Assembly: GCF_004010195.1 (NCBI RefSeq)
Contig: NC_057754.1
Location: 5,991,846-6,055,845 of the forward strand
Reading direction: 5' to 3'
Length of the DNA: 64,000 nucleotides
Source: Chiloscyllium plagiosum
Lineage: Eukaryota
Below the pieces are notes generated by a model that searched no databases, was not told the origin of the DNA, and worked only from the letters and a program-made list of their open reading frames with translations. This document shows, piece by piece, positions 63,801-64,000 of this stretch (position 1 is the stretch's first letter; the number at the start of each line of letters is the position of its first letter). Made by a program: the position numbers and the translations under genes.

Positions 63801-64000
63801 TTATTCTCAATTAATATCATATAAATTGAATTCGCAAAACAAAGCTCACAATCAGTGCAAGGTGAATAGTGAAGGCGAACACTTCTCTTGGTATGTGTTT
63901 GATGTGTAAACATTCCTCTTGAAATCACCCCGCCCCCCCAAAAAAAAAGAGGACATGTGCATGCGCATTGCTGTACCTTGCCCCAAATATAGATGGCGGC
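60832..64000 (+). repeat. Segmental duplication, copy 2 (paralogous to 1-2663), including CR1 ORF1, GIY-YIG remnant and YY1 module
   Basis: Colinear with 1-2663 apart from the insertion at 61734-62238. Confidence 0.97.
61734..62238. mobile_element. Copy-specific Penelope-type fold-back insertion with two hammerhead cores and 13-bp TSD
   Basis: TSD tttaatgcatctc at 61721-61733 and 62239-62251 (single at ~898-910); arms inverted around ~62025-62036; CTGAGGA..GAAAC at 62184-62213 (+) and 61846-61816 (-). Confidence 0.9.

Overview
Repeat-dense eukaryotic DNA, most likely from a cartilaginous fish (HE1/V-SINE-type SINEs, abundant CR1 LINEs, Penelope-like elements), with four assembly gaps and no intact protein-coding gene that I can support. 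It reads as a decaying C2H2 zinc-finger gene cluster. There is a + strand ZF pseudo-exon (~53504-54400), a highly eroded - strand ZF exon (~59976-60440), two further orphan copies of the exon-start sequence (plus a duplicate at ~63660-63820), and paralogous YY1-bearing first-exon/promoter modules at ~2.6, ~15.8, ~21.7 and ~64 kb. Positions 1-2663 recur at 60832-64000, suggesting a ~60.8-kb tandem or segmental duplication. The centre (~30231-50878) is a ~20-kb array of a 39-bp satellite with higher-order structure, interrupted by one full-length SINE and one chimeric CR1 insertion. Several tiny Penelope-type inserts have 13-19-bp target-site duplications, and some keep hammerhead-ribozyme cores. 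Family assignments come from recognising sequence by eye, not from database searches, and most boundaries are approximate.
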